DNA of 64,000 nucleotides, taken from Alphaproteobacteria bacterium. GTDB taxonomy: Bacteria; Pseudomonadota; Alphaproteobacteria; MPNO01. Below the pieces are notes generated by a model. That model was not told the origin of the DNA. It made no database searches and saw nothing but the letters and a program-made list of their open reading frames with translations. Numbering within the stretch: position 1 is the stretch's first letter; every line of letters starts with the position of its first letter. Made by a program: the position numbers and the translations under genes. Where the stretch lies: assembly GCA_964291675.2 (NCBI GenBank), contig OZ219866.1:352001-416000 (forward strand), given 5' to 3'. Positions 36,428 through 46,908 of this stretch are shown one piece after another.

Positions 36428-37722
36428 TGGCACCGCTCGCGGTCGCGCTGGCGGGGCTCGGCACGGTCGGCGCGGGCGTCTTCGCGCTGCTCAGGGACCG
36501 GGCGGAGACTCTGGCCGGCCGCGCCGGGCGGCCGATCCGGGTGGTCGCCGTCTCGGCGCGCGACCGCAGCCGCGACCGCGGCATCGATCTCGACGGCGTC
36601 GCCTGGTTCGACGACGCGGCGGCGATGGCGCGCGAGGCGGAGGCGGACGTCCTCGTCGAGCTGATCGGCGGCGCCGACGGCATCGCGAGGGCGGCCTGCG
36701 AGGCGGCGCTCGATGCCGGCCGCGACGTGGTGACCGCCAACAAGGCGCTGCTCGCCAAGCACGGCACCGGCATCGCGCGGCGCGCCGAAGCGTCGGGCCG
36801 GACGCTGGGCTACGAGGCGGCGGTCGCCGGCGGCATTCCGATCGTCAAGGCGCTGCGCGAGGGGCTGGCGGCCAACCGCATCGCCGCCATCTACGGCATC
36901 CTCAACGGGACCTGCAACTACATCCTCACCGAGATGCGCACGACCGGCAGGCCGTTCGAGGACGTGCTGGCCGATGCGCAGGCGCTCGGCTACGCCGAGG
37001 CCGATCCGCATTTCGACATCGACGGCATCGACGCGGCGCACAAGCTCTCCATCCTCACCGCGCTCGCCTTCGGCACCGAGATCGATTTCGACGGCGTCCA
37101 TGTCGAGGGCATCCGGCATGTCTCGGCCGACGATATCGTGTTCGCCGACGAGCTCGGCTACCGCATCAAGCTGCTCGGCATCGCCCGGCGCACCGGGCAC
37201 GGCATCGAGCAGCGGGTGCATGCCTGCATGATCCCGCAAACCGCGCCGCTCGCCCGCGTCGAAGGCGTGTTCAACGCCGTCGTCGCCGAGGGCGACAGCG
37301 TCGGACCGACGGTCTATGAGGGGCGCGGCGCCGGGGCTGGCCCGACCGCATCGGCGGTGGTCGCAGACCTGGTCGACCTCGCCCGCGGCCTCCGCCTGCC
37401 GGTCTTCGCCGCGCCGGCGGCGAACCTGCTGCCGGCGGAGACCGCGGCGATGGACCGCCATGTCGGCCCCTATTACCTGCGTCTCATGGTGGTCGACCGG
37501 CCGGGGGTCATCGCCGACGTCGCCGCGGCGCTCCGCGACGAGCAGATCTCGATGGAATCGATGATCCAGCGCGGCCGCGCGCCGGGCGAGCCGGTGCCGG
37601 TGGTGCTGACCACCCACGAGACGGCGGAGGCGGCGATGTCGCGCGCCCTCGCCCGGATCGAGCGGCTCGGCAGCGTGGTCGAGCCGCCGCGCATGATTCG
37701 CATCGAATCGCTGGTAAGCTGA
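36427..37722 (+). CDS. hom: Homoserine dehydrogenase with ACT domain
   Basis: AGLGTVG; VVTANKA; YEAAVAGGIP; GILNGTCNYIL; GYAEADP; DRPGVIA. Confidence 0.95.
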   Translation: MAPLAVALAGLGTVGAGVFALLRDRAETLAGRAGRPIRVVAVSARDRSRDRGIDLDGVAWFDDAAAMAREAEADVLVELIGGADGIARAACEAALDAGRDVVTANKALLAKHGTGIARRAEASGRTLGYEAAVAGGIPIVKALREGLAANRIAAIYGILNGTCNYILTEMRTTGRPFEDVLADAQALGYAEADPHFDIDGIDAAHKLSILTALAFGTEIDFDGVHVEGIRHVSADDIVFADELGYRIKLLGIARRTGHGIEQRVHACMIPQTAPLARVEGVFNAVVAEGDSVGPTVYEGRGAGAGPTASAVVADLVDLARGLRLPVFAAPAANLLPAETAAMDRHVGPYYLRLMVVDRPGVIADVAAALRDEQISMESMIQRGRAPGEPVPVVLTTHETAEAAMSRALARIERLGSVVEPPRMIRIESLVS

Positions 37723-37742
37723 CCGCCGAAGGGAGCGAGATC

Positions 37743-38723
37743 ATGACCGAGCCCGCCTCGACAATGGACCGCAACCTTGCGCTCGAGGTGGTCAGGGTCA
37801 CCGAGGCGGCGGCGCTCGCGGCATCGCGGCTGATGGGCCGCGGCGACGAGCGCGCGGCCGACCAGGTCGCGGTGGATGCGATGCGGGGCGCGCTCAACAG
37901 CCTCGCCATCGAGGGCACCGTGGTGATCGGCGAAGGCGAGCGAGACGAGGCCCCGATGCTCTATATCGGCGAGAAGGTGGGCGCCGGCGGCGGACCCAAG
38001 ATCGACATCGCGCTCGACCCGCTGGAAGGCACGACGATCACCGCCAAGGGGCTGACCAACGCGCTCGCCGTGGTGGCGATGGCCGAGGAGGACGGGTTTC
38101 TCAACGCGCCCGACGTCTATATGGACAAGATCGCCGTCGGCGGCGGGCTGCCCGAGGGCGTGGTCGATCTCGACGAGAGCCCGGGCGACAATCTCGAGAG
38201 CCTCGCCGGGGCCAAGGGGGTGGATGTCTCCGACCTGGTCGCCTGCATCCTCGACCGCCCGCGTCACGAAGAGCTGATCGCACGGGTGCGCGAGGCGGGC
38301 GCCCGCATCATGCTGATCACCGACGGCGACGTGTCGGGGGTGATCGCGACCTCGCAGAAGGAGAGCGGCGTCGACATCTATCTCGGCTCGGGCGGCGCGC
38401 CGGAGGGGGTGTTGGCCGCCGCGGCGCTGCGCTGCATCGGCGGGCAGATGCAGGGCCGGCTGATCTTCCGCAACGACGAGGAGCGGCGCCGGGCGGCGAA
38501 TTGCGGGATCGCCGATCTCGACCGCAAGTACGGGCTGCTGGAGCTCGCCGACGGGGACGTGATGTTCGCCGCCACCGGGGTGACCAACGGCACCATGCTG
38601 CGCGGTGTGCGGCGCGAGGCCGGGCGCGCCTTCACCCATTCCATGGTCATGCGCTCGAAGACCGGGACGGTGCGGCTGATCGAGGCCCATCACAACCTGG
38701 AGCGCAAGGCCAGCCTCGGCTAG
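37743..38723 (+). CDS. glpX: Class II fructose-1,6-bisphosphatase
   Basis: RVTEAAA; IGEGERDEAPML; DPLEGT; GGAPEGV. Confidence 0.95.
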   Translation: MTEPASTMDRNLALEVVRVTEAAALAASRLMGRGDERAADQVAVDAMRGALNSLAIEGTVVIGEGERDEAPMLYIGEKVGAGGGPKIDIALDPLEGTTITAKGLTNALAVVAMAEEDGFLNAPDVYMDKIAVGGGLPEGVVDLDESPGDNLESLAGAKGVDVSDLVACILDRPRHEELIARVREAGARIMLITDGDVSGVIATSQKESGVDIYLGSGGAPEGVLAAAALRCIGGQMQGRLIFRNDEERRRAANCGIADLDRKYGLLELADGDVMFAATGVTNGTMLRGVRREAGRAFTHSMVMRSKTGTVRLIEAHHNLERKASLG

Positions 38724-38728
38724 CCGTC

Positions 38729-40534
38729 ATGGCGATCGAGGCGTCCGCCGCCGACAGCGCCTTTCTCGACGTCGACCGCTCGGTCACCGGCAAGCGCTGG
38801 TACGCGCGGACGGCCGACGATCGCCGGGCGCTGGCCATCGCCGAGGCCAACGGGCTGCCGGAAATCGTCGCCCGCGTGCTCGCCGGGCGGGGGATCGAAT
38901 CCGACCGGGTCGACGAGTTCCTCAACCCGACGCTGCGCAGCGCGCTCCCCGACCCGTCCACGCTGCGCGACATGGATTGTGCCTGCGAACGGGTCGTGCG
39001 CGCGATCGTCGACGGCGAACGCGTGGGCGTGTTCGCCGATTACGACGTCGACGGCGCGACCTCGGCGGCGCTGCTCTCGCGCTTCTTCGCCTCCATCGGC
39101 CAGCGTCTTTCGGTCTACGTCCCCGACCGGATGAAGGAGGGCTACGGCCCGAACGCCGGCGGGCTTCGCGCGCTCCGGGCAGGCGGCGTCTCGCTGGTGA
39201 TCGCGGTGGATTGCGGGACCACGGCGCACCAGCCGCTGGCCGAGGCCGCCGCGCTCGGGCTCGACGTCATCGTCCTCGACCACCATGTCGCGGAGGCGGC
39301 GCTGCCCGAGGCGGTCGCGGTGGTCAACCCCAACCGGCTCGACGAGGACAACGATTGCCGCCAGCTCGCCGCCGTCGGCGTCGCCTTCCTGTTCGCGGTC
39401 GCGGTCAACCGCGCGCTGCGCGAAGCCCGCTGGTACGGCGAAGGCCATCCCGAACCGAACCTGATGGCCTGGCTCGATCTCGTCGCGCTGGGAACCGTCT
39501 GCGACGTGGTGCCGCTGACCGGCGTCAACCGGGCGCTGGTGGCCCAGGGGCTGAAGATCATGGCGCGGCGCGGCAACCCGGGAATCGCCGCGCTCGCCGA
39601 CATCGCCGGGATCGACGAACGCCCCACCGCCTATCATGCCGGGTTCATGCTCGGCCCCCGGGTCAATGCCGGCGGGCGGGTCGGCGAGTCGGGGCTCGGG
39701 GCGCGGCTGCTGTCGATCGACGATCCGGCGGCCACGGCGGATATCGCCGCGAGACTCGAGGGCTACAACCGGGAGCGGCGCGAGATCGAGGCAGAGGTTC
39801 TCGAACGCGCGACCGACCTCGCCGACGCCCAGGACGCGGCGGCCGATACCGCCCAGGAACCGGTGGTCCTGGTCGCGGAAGAGGGCTGGCATCCGGGCGT
39901 CATCGGTATCGTCGCCGCGCGGCTGCGCGAGCGTTTCAACCGGCCCGCCTGCGTGCTCGCCGTGGAGGGCGGGATCGCCAAGGGCTCCGGCCGTTCGATC
40001 CCGGGCGCGGCGCTCGGCTCGGCGGTGATCGCGGCCCGCCAGGCGGGACTGCTGATCGCCGGCGGCGGGCATGCGATGGCGGCCGGCTTCACCGTGGCGA
40101 CGGACCGGATCGCCGAGCTCAAGGCGTTCCTCGACGATCATGTCGCGCGACAGCTCGGCCACCGGATTCCGGCGGTCGGGCTGGCGATCGACGGCGCCTT
40201 GACCCCGACCGGCGCCACCGCAAGGATCGTCGAAGCGCTCGAAGCCGTGGGACCGTTCGGCACCGGCAATCCGCGGCCGCGCTTCGCCCTCCCGCGGGTC
40301 ACCGTGGCCCGCGCCGACGTGGTCGGCACCGATCACGTCCGCTGTTTCCTCGTCGGCACCGAAGGCGGAGCCCGGCTCAAGGGTATCGCCTTCCGTTGCG
40401 CCGGTAGCGCGCTCGGCGATGCCTTGCTCGCGACCGGCGGCGCGCCGCTGCATTTGGCGGGGCATCTCAGGGCGGATCGGTGGCAGGGCCGGGACGCGGT
40501 CGAATTGGCGATCGAGGACGCGGCGAGGCTGTGA
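38729..40534 (+). CDS. recJ: Single-stranded DNA exonuclease RecJ
   Basis: DYDVDG; DCG; LDHH; NPNR; GPRVNAGGR; GGGHAMAAG; PFGTGNP. Confidence 0.95.
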   Translation: MAIEASAADSAFLDVDRSVTGKRWYARTADDRRALAIAEANGLPEIVARVLAGRGIESDRVDEFLNPTLRSALPDPSTLRDMDCACERVVRAIVDGERVGVFADYDVDGATSAALLSRFFASIGQRLSVYVPDRMKEGYGPNAGGLRALRAGGVSLVIAVDCGTTAHQPLAEAAALGLDVIVLDHHVAEAALPEAVAVVNPNRLDEDNDCRQLAAVGVAFLFAVAVNRALREARWYGEGHPEPNLMAWLDLVALGTVCDVVPLTGVNRALVAQGLKIMARRGNPGIAALADIAGIDERPTAYHAGFMLGPRVNAGGRVGESGLGARLLSIDDPAATADIAARLEGYNRERREIEAEVLERATDLADAQDAAADTAQEPVVLVAEEGWHPGVIGIVAARLRERFNRPACVLAVEGGIAKGSGRSIPGAALGSAVIAARQAGLLIAGGGHAMAAGFTVATDRIAELKAFLDDHVARQLGHRIPAVGLAIDGALTPTGATARIVEALEAVGPFGTGNPRPRFALPRVTVARADVVGTDHVRCFLVGTEGGARLKGIAFRCAGSALGDALLATGGAPLHLAGHLRADRWQGRDAVELAIEDAARL

Positions 40535-40571
40535 TGCGAAAGCCGGAAAGCCGCCGCGCGGGCGGACGGGG

Positions 40572-41246
40572 ATGACGAAGGGGCGGAGCTTGCCTGCGGC
40601 GGGGACACAACCCTATCGGCGCCGGAACGGTCTGGTCCGGCTCTTGCGCTGGCTGCGCTACCGTTTCGTCGTTCCGATCAAGCGCAGCCGGCACCCGCCG
40701 CAATACACCGCCCGCGGCGTGGCGGTCGGGCTGTTCTGGGCGATGACGCCCACCGTCGGCATCCAGATGATGTTCGTGCTCGCCAACTGGATCGCGTTCC
40801 GCCGCTTCGGGCCGCGCTGGGACTTCAACGTGATCCACGCGATGGCCTGGACCTGGGTGACCAATTTCGCCACCGTCCTGCCGGCCTATTACCTGTTCTA
40901 CGTGACCGGGCAGGTGCTGCTCGGGCGCTGGGACGACCTCACCGGCTATGCGGGTTTCCTTCGGCTCTGGGATGCTAGCACCGCCGGCGGGGCGACCACC
41001 GACTACCTGCCGGGCGCGGCCTCGTCACCGGATGTGTTTTACGACGTCATCGTCGCCGGCTGGGGGCTTGCGATGCTGGTGGGCTGCCCTCCCTATGCCG
41101 TCGCCGCGGCCTGGATCGGCTACGTCTGGTCGCTCAAGCTGGCGGTCGCCCAGCGCCGGTTGATCGCGCGCCGGCGCTACGGCCACGATCCGCGGGACCC
41201 CATGCAGACCGGCAGGCCCCGACCGGAACCGCCGGGCGAGAGGTAG
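40572..41246 (+). CDS. DUF2062 family membrane protein
   Basis: PQYTARGVAVGLFWAMTPTVGIQ; WVTN; located after recJ. Confidence 0.75.
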   Translation: MTKGRSLPAAGTQPYRRRNGLVRLLRWLRYRFVVPIKRSRHPPQYTARGVAVGLFWAMTPTVGIQMMFVLANWIAFRRFGPRWDFNVIHAMAWTWVTNFATVLPAYYLFYVTGQVLLGRWDDLTGYAGFLRLWDASTAGGATTDYLPGAASSPDVFYDVIVAGWGLAMLVGCPPYAVAAAWIGYVWSLKLAVAQRRLIARRRYGHDPRDPMQTGRPRPEPPGER

Positions 41247-41287
41247 CGGTTGATTTCCACCGACTCCGCGGCTACCAATCGCGCCAC

Positions 41288-41363
41288 GACCCCATCGTCT
41301 AGAGGCCTAGGACATCAGCCTTTCACGCTGAAGACACGGGTTCGACTCCCGTTGGGGTCGCCA
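41288..41363 (+). tRNA. tRNA-Glu (TTC)
   Basis: Acceptor GACCCCA/TGGGGTC; anticodon arm TCAGC-CTTTCAC-GCTGA; GGTTCGACTCC; encoded CCA. Confidence 0.96.
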
Positions 41364-41385
41364 TACCTCCCCCCGGTTGCAAGAC

Positions 41386-42957
41386 ATGACGCAGACTAGC
41401 CCCGCTGCCGGGTCCGAATTCTGGACCGACGACACGCTGACCAGCCTGCTGGAACGCTGCGTGCGGGACCGCGGCGATGCGCCGGCGATCCTCACCGCCG
41501 GGGAGGTCGTCGACTGGCGCGGCGTCGCCGAGCGGGTCGATGCGCTGGCCGGCGGGCTCGCCGCGCTCGGCATCGGCCGCGGCGATGCGGTCGCGGTCCA
41601 GCTCCCCAACCTTCCGGCTTTCCTCTACGTGCTGCTCGCCGCATCCCGCCTCGGCGCGGTGACCAGCACCATCCACATGCCATACGGCCCGCGCGAGGCC
41701 GCGGACATCATTCGCCATGCCCGCGCCCGGCTCGTGTTCGCCGCGGCGGCGGCGGGCGAAAGGCGACCGGCCGCCGACATCGCCGCGCTCGGGCCGGACC
41801 TCCCCTCGCTCGCCCATGTCGTCGCCGTGGGCGGCCCGGCGGCCGCCGGCACGCTCGCCCTCGACGACGTGCCGCGCCCCGGCGCCGCGCTGCCGCCGCC
41901 GCCCGCAGCGGACGACGCCTATGTCATGCTGTTCACCTCCGGCACGTCGTCGAGCCCGAAGGCGGTGCTCACCGACTATCGCCGGTTCCTCGCCAACGCC
42001 CGGCTCAATTGCAGCGAAAAGCAGATGGGTCCGGGCTCGATCATGCTGTCGGCAGCGCCCTACAGCCACCTGTTCGGGCTGTATTCGTTCCACCTCACGC
42101 TCTATGGCGGCGGCGCGACGGCGCTGCTGCCGGCGTTCACGCCCCCCGGCCTGGTCGAGGCGGTACAGGCTTTCCGGCCGACCCACATCTTCGCCGCGCC
42201 TGCGCATATCGCCTCCTGCCTCGGCGCCGGGCTGCTCGGAGGCGACACGCTCGCCCCGGTCCGCTACTGCGTGGTCTCGGGCGCCAAGGCCGCGCCGGAG
42301 TTCTACCGCCGGGCGCAGGCGGCGCTGGGGAGCGGCCGCATCGCGCAGCTCTGGGGGATGACCGAGTGCCAGTGCGGCATGTTCACCCGGCCCTGGGAGG
42401 ATGCCGAGCGGGCGGCATGGGGCTGCGGACGGCCGAGCCCGGGAAACCGAGCCAGGGTGTGCGATGCGGACGACGAGCCGCTGCCGGCGGGCGAGGAGGG
42501 CGCGTTGCAGATCCGCGGCGCCTCGGTGTTCGACGGCTATCACGGCAATGACGAGGCCAACGCGGCCGCGTTCACCGCCGATGGCTGGTACCGCACCGGC
42601 GACCGGGCGGTGATCGACGCGACCGGCGCGGTGTCGATCACCGGGCGCGAGAAGGATTTGATCAACCGGGGCGGCGTGAAGATCAACCCGGCCGATGTCG
42701 AGGAGGCGATCGACCGCCACCCGGATATCGTCCAGTCGGCGATCGTCCCCATGCCGGACCCGGTGCTGGGCGAGCGGGCGTGCTGCTTCGCCATCCCCCG
42801 CGACGGCGCGGCGCCCGAGCTCGGCGATCTCGCGGCCTGGCTCGAAAGCCACGGGATCGCCAGGCTGAAATGGCCGGAGCGGCTGATCCTGGTCGACGAC
42901 ATGCCGCTGACCCCGACCCGGAAGGTGATCAAGGGACGCCTCCGGATCCCCGATTGA
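41386..42957 (+). CDS. Acyl-CoA synthetase (cyclohexanecarboxylate-CoA ligase-like)
   Basis: FTSGTSSSPK; WGMTE; WYRTGD; GREKDLINRGG; PDPVLGERAC; KWPE; TPTRK. Confidence 0.9.
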   Translation: MTQTSPAAGSEFWTDDTLTSLLERCVRDRGDAPAILTAGEVVDWRGVAERVDALAGGLAALGIGRGDAVAVQLPNLPAFLYVLLAASRLGAVTSTIHMPYGPREAADIIRHARARLVFAAAAAGERRPAADIAALGPDLPSLAHVVAVGGPAAAGTLALDDVPRPGAALPPPPAADDAYVMLFTSGTSSSPKAVLTDYRRFLANARLNCSEKQMGPGSIMLSAAPYSHLFGLYSFHLTLYGGGATALLPAFTPPGLVEAVQAFRPTHIFAAPAHIASCLGAGLLGGDTLAPVRYCVVSGAKAAPEFYRRAQAALGSGRIAQLWGMTECQCGMFTRPWEDAERAAWGCGRPSPGNRARVCDADDEPLPAGEEGALQIRGASVFDGYHGNDEANAAAFTADGWYRTGDRAVIDATGAVSITGREKDLINRGGVKINPADVEEAIDRHPDIVQSAIVPMPDPVLGERACCFAIPRDGAAPELGDLAAWLESHGIARLKWPERLILVDDMPLTPTRKVIKGRLRIPD

Positions 42958-42972
42958 AGACTGGAGCGCGCG

Positions 42973-43770
42973 ATGGAACCTTACCGGACGATCGGCGTGG
43001 AGACCGATGCGCGCGGGATCGCGACGATCGCGCTCGACCGCCCCGAACGGCGCAACGCGATCGACCTCGCGATGATGGACGAGCTGCTCGCCGCGTTCGA
43101 CCGACTGGGCGCGGACGACGGGGTGCGCGCCATCGTGCTCCGCGGCAACGGCAAGGTGTTCTCGGCCGGCGGCGATCTCAACTGGATGCGCGACACCAGG
43201 GGCGCGAGCGAGGACGAGGTGGCGCGCGACTCGGCGCGGCTGCAACGGGTCTACGCGGCTGCCGCCGCCTGCCCCAGGATGCTCGTCGGCCGGCTGCACG
43301 GCGCGGCGATGGCGGGCGCGCTCGGCCTGGTCGCGTGCTGCGACGTCGCCATCGCAGAAGCCGACACCAGGTTCTGCCTGTCCGAGGTGAGGCTGGGCCT
43401 CGCCCCCGGCATCATCGCTGGGTTCCTGCTGCCGAGGATCGGCGCCGGCTGGTTCCGCTACCTCGCGACGGGCGCGGTGGTGTTCGGGACCGAAACGGCC
43501 GCGCGCGCGGGCCTGGTTCACGAGGTGGCGGCGGACGAAGCCGATCTCGACGCAAGGGTGGAGGCGCATTGCCGCCTCGCGCTCGCCGCCGCGCCGGAGG
43601 CGATCGCCGCCACCAAGGCGCTTCTCGCCGACCTCGGCCACGCGCCGGACCCGAGGCTGTTCGAGGCCGGGCTCGGCTGGAACGTCAGGACCCGCATGTC
43701 GGACGCGGCCCAGGAGGGGATCGGCGCCTTCCTCGAACGCCGCAAGGCGCGCTGGGCGGTCGACGCCTAG
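42973..43770 (+). CDS. Enoyl-CoA hydratase/isomerase (methylglutaconyl-CoA hydratase-like)
   Basis: RPERRNA; FSAGGDLNWM; LSEVRLGL; EGIGAFLERR. Confidence 0.88.
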   Translation: MEPYRTIGVETDARGIATIALDRPERRNAIDLAMMDELLAAFDRLGADDGVRAIVLRGNGKVFSAGGDLNWMRDTRGASEDEVARDSARLQRVYAAAAACPRMLVGRLHGAAMAGALGLVACCDVAIAEADTRFCLSEVRLGLAPGIIAGFLLPRIGAGWFRYLATGAVVFGTETAARAGLVHEVAADEADLDARVEAHCRLALAAAPEAIAATKALLADLGHAPDPRLFEAGLGWNVRTRMSDAAQEGIGAFLERRKARWAVDA

Positions 43771-43809
43771 CACCGGCGATGCCACGATAGCGGCGTCGGG
43801 GAGGAGCGC

Positions 43810-44820
43810 ATGTTCGTAAAGCAGGCTTGGTATGTCGCGGCCACCGCCGCCGAAATCGGCCGCACCCCGCTCGCGCGCCAGGTTTGCGGCGAGCCCATCG
43901 TGTTCTTCCGCGGCGAGGACGGGACCGCGCACGCTCTTGCCGACCGCTGCATCCATCGCCGCCTGCCGCTCTCCCGGGGGCGGCTGGCGGGCGACCGGCT
44001 GGTCTGCGGCTATCACGGCTTCGCCTACGACCCGGAGGGGCGATGCGTCGCCGTGCCGGGGCAGGACCGGGTGCCGCGCCGCGCCGCGGTGCGCGCCTAC
44101 CCGCTGGTGGAGCGATACGGCTGGATCTGGGTCTGGATGGGGGCGCCGGACGCCGCCGATCCGTCGCTCTTGCCGGCGATGCCCGGGCTCGACGAGGACG
44201 GCTGGGTGCCGTTCCGCGACCGCCTCAATGTCCGGGCGCATTACCAGCTCCTGGTCGACAACCTGATCGACCTGTCGCACGAGACCTATGTGCATACCTC
44301 CAGCATCGGCAACGACGCCGTCGCCGAGACGCCGATCGAGTCGCGCCGGCAGGGAAACGAGGTTTTCGTCGACCGCATCATGCGCGACATCCCGCCGCCG
44401 CCCTTCTTCGCCCGGGCGGCCGGGAGCGACGCGAGTATCGACCGCTACCAGCTGGTCCATTTCCAGCCGCCCTGCTACGTGCATGTCGAGGTGCGGGCGG
44501 TGCCGCCCGGGAACGACGACCCCAATGCCGGGGTGCGGTTCTTCGTGCTGGACTGCCTGACGCCCGAGACCGAGCGCACGACCAACTATTTCTGGGCGGT
44601 GTCGCGCAACTTCCGGCTGACCGACGGCGAATTCGGCGAATGGTGGCATCGGGTGGTCTGCGGCATCTTCGAGGAGGACCGCGCGATCCTCGAAGCGCAG
44701 CAGGTCTCGATCGAGGCGGACAGCAGCGGGGTACGCACGGTCGACGTGGCGATCGACGGCGGCACCATCCTCGCCCGCCAGGTGGTCGACGGGCTTCTCG
44801 CCGCGGAGAACGCCGCTTGA
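43810..44820 (+). CDS. Rieske non-heme iron oxygenase alpha subunit (VanA-like)
   Basis: DRCIHR...CGYHG; DNLIDLSHETYVH; LTPET; EEDRAILEAQQ. Confidence 0.92.
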   Translation: MFVKQAWYVAATAAEIGRTPLARQVCGEPIVFFRGEDGTAHALADRCIHRRLPLSRGRLAGDRLVCGYHGFAYDPEGRCVAVPGQDRVPRRAAVRAYPLVERYGWIWVWMGAPDAADPSLLPAMPGLDEDGWVPFRDRLNVRAHYQLLVDNLIDLSHETYVHTSSIGNDAVAETPIESRRQGNEVFVDRIMRDIPPPPFFARAAGSDASIDRYQLVHFQPPCYVHVEVRAVPPGNDDPNAGVRFFVLDCLTPETERTTNYFWAVSRNFRLTDGEFGEWWHRVVCGIFEEDRAILEAQQVSIEADSSGVRTVDVAIDGGTILARQVVDGLLAAENAA

Positions 44821-44830
44821 CGGGCGCAAG

Positions 44831-45280
44831 CTAAGCGAACAGCGCCGCCGCCTCGTCTTCCAGCATCGGGCCGGTGACCGCCATCTCGCGTACGCCGCGC
44901 CCGGCGACCTCGTAGCAGCGCAGGTTCATCATCGGCGGCCCGCCCGCGCCGCGGATCTCGACCAGCCGCGGATGGGAGAGCCCGAAGACGATGCGCTCCA
45001 GCCCGGACCAGTAGGCGGCGACGGCGCACATCGCGCAGGGCTCGCAGCTCGTATAGAGGGTGTAGCCGCCGAGCGCCGGGCCGAGCTCGCGGCTCGCTTC
45101 GCGGATCAGGTTGATCTCGGCATGGCCGGTCACGTCGCCGGTGGTGATCATGTCGTTCTCGGCTTCGAGGACGATCCCGCCCGCGGCATCGACCAGCACC
45201 GAGCCGAAAGGCGGGTTGCCGTTCGCCGCCGCGCGCCGCGCCGCCGCGAAAGCGCGTCTCAGCAGTTCCTCTTCGCCCAT
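44831..45280 (-). CDS. Nucleoside/nucleobase deaminase (CDA fold)
   Basis: PFGSVLV; HAE; SCEPCAMC. Confidence 0.9.
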   Translation of the reverse strand: MGEEELLRRAFAAARRAAANGNPPFGSVLVDAAGGIVLEAENDMITTGDVTGHAEINLIREASRELGPALGGYTLYTSCEPCAMCAVAAYWSGLERIVFGLSHPRLVEIRGAGGPPMMNLRCYEVAGRGVREMAVTGPMLEDEAAALFA

Positions 45281-45366
45281 CGCCTGTCTCCTGCCTGTTG
45301 CGCCCGCGGACCGCGCGGCAGCAAACTGTCCCGCCGCCGCCATCGTCAGCCCCGGGAGAGCCGCGG

Positions 45367-46425
45367 ATGAAATTCGGCCTGTTCTATCTGCCGACCTACC
45401 TGCCGCAGATCCGCGACGCCCATACCCATTACCACAACATGGTGGAGCAGGTCGTCTACGCCGACCGGATCGGCATCGACTACGCCTGGATGGTCGAGCA
45501 CCACTTCGTCCGCCACGGCGGGCTGCTGCCGGCGAACTACGCCTTCCTCTCCTTCCTCGCGGGGCGGACCGAGCGAATCCGCCTCGGCACCGGGGCGACG
45601 ATCCTGCCGCTGAACGACCCGGTGCGGGTGGCCGAGCAGGCCGCCGCGCTCGACCAGCTCTCCAAAGGGAGGTTCGATTTCGGCGTCGGGCGCGGCTTCA
45701 TCCGCGACGAGTTCGACGCCTTCGGCATCCCGATGAGGGAGAGCCGGGAGCGGGTCGAGCAGGGGGTCGCCCTGATCAAGGAGGCATGGTCGGCGCCGAC
45801 GCTCGAATTCGACGGCGGGTTCCGGCCCGCGATGACCGGGCTGCCGATCCTGCCGCCGGTCTACCAGAAGCCGCACCCGCCGATCTGGGTCGCCTGCCTG
45901 TTGTCGCCCGAGAGCTTCGAATGGACGGCGAGGGAGGGCCACAACCTGCTCTACGTCGCCTATCACGTCGACCACGAGATCGCGGTCGAGCGCATCGGCT
46001 GGTACCGGGACGCGCTCGAGGAGGCCGGGCGGAAGGTCGAGGATCACGAGATCTGCTGCGTCTATCACGCGTATTTCCTGGCCGAGGGGGACGATTCCAG
46101 GCTGGAGGCGACGGTGCACGGGCCGATGAGCGAATACGCCGCGGCCGGGCTCGAAGCCACCCGCAACCCCGCCGACCCCGTCGCCTACAAGGGCTACGAG
46201 CAGCGCGACGCCGGCCAGCGCCGGTTCACCTTCGAGTCCTACTTCCCGGGGCGCGTGCTGATGGGCGGGCCGGAACAGGCGATCGAGCGCATCCGGGCGC
46301 TGGCCGATATCGGCATCACCCAGATCGGCATGCTGGTCGATTTCGGCTCGCTGCCCCAGGCCGAGATCATGCGCTCGCTGGAGATCTTCGGAAAGGAGGT
46401 CCTGCCCCATGTGAGGGATCTGTAG
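45367..46425 (+). CDS. Luciferase-like (LLM) flavin monooxygenase
   Basis: WMVEHHF; DPVRVAEQAAALDQLSKGR; PVYQKPHPPIW. Confidence 0.92.
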   Translation: MKFGLFYLPTYLPQIRDAHTHYHNMVEQVVYADRIGIDYAWMVEHHFVRHGGLLPANYAFLSFLAGRTERIRLGTGATILPLNDPVRVAEQAAALDQLSKGRFDFGVGRGFIRDEFDAFGIPMRESRERVEQGVALIKEAWSAPTLEFDGGFRPAMTGLPILPPVYQKPHPPIWVACLLSPESFEWTAREGHNLLYVAYHVDHEIAVERIGWYRDALEEAGRKVEDHEICCVYHAYFLAEGDDSRLEATVHGPMSEYAAAGLEATRNPADPVAYKGYEQRDAGQRRFTFESYFPGRVLMGGPEQAIERIRALADIGITQIGMLVDFGSLPQAEIMRSLEIFGKEVLPHVRDL

Positions 46426-46447
46426 GGGCTTCGCCCGACTCCGCCGT

Positions 46448-46894
46448 CTAAGCGAGCCCCTTCTTCGCCAGCTCCTGCTTCGCCGAGGCGGTCTTTTCGA
46501 GCCCGTCGAGCCCCATGCCGCGCAGGATCGGCTCGGCCTTGGTGAACTGGATGTCGTCGTAGGGCACGACCTCGACGCGGTTGCCCCAGGGGTCGCGGAA
46601 ATTGAGCCGGTTGCCGATCATCTCCGCGCCGAGCTCTTCGAGCGCCGCGCGGACCGTGCTGCGGTCGTCCACCACCAGCCCGAAATGGCGCTTCGCGTCG
46701 GGCGAGCCGCCGCTGTTCAGGGTCAGCTGGATGAACTGGTCGCCCATGTCGATGAAGGCGTTGGTCTCGCCGCGCCCGCGCAGCTCGAACTCGAACACGG
46801 CGCCGTAGAAATCGAGCGCCGCGTCGAGATCGTCGACCTCGAGCACGACATGGTTGATGCCCATCACGCGGGCCTTCTTGCGGGTTTCCGCCAT
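46448..46894 (-). CDS. VOC/glyoxalase family protein
   Basis: GINHVVLEV; HFGLVV; DPWGNRVEV. Confidence 0.88.
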   Translation of the reverse strand: MAETRKKARVMGINHVVLEVDDLDAALDFYGAVFEFELRGRGETNAFIDMGDQFIQLTLNSGGSPDAKRHFGLVVDDRSTVRAALEELGAEMIGNRLNFRDPWGNRVEVVPYDDIQFTKAEPILRGMGLDGLEKTASAKQELAKKGLA

Positions 46895-46908
46895 TTCTCC
46901 CTCCCTCG

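Noticed and set aside
35137-37722. 861-aa ORF as an extended homoserine dehydrogenase fusion
   Set aside because: The N-terminal 430 codons overlap the aminotransferase in another frame; hom starts at the TGATG overlap at 36427.
41288-41400. Prophage or integrative element at tRNA-Glu
   Set aside because: No integrase, phage genes or duplicated tRNA 3' end seen within the window.
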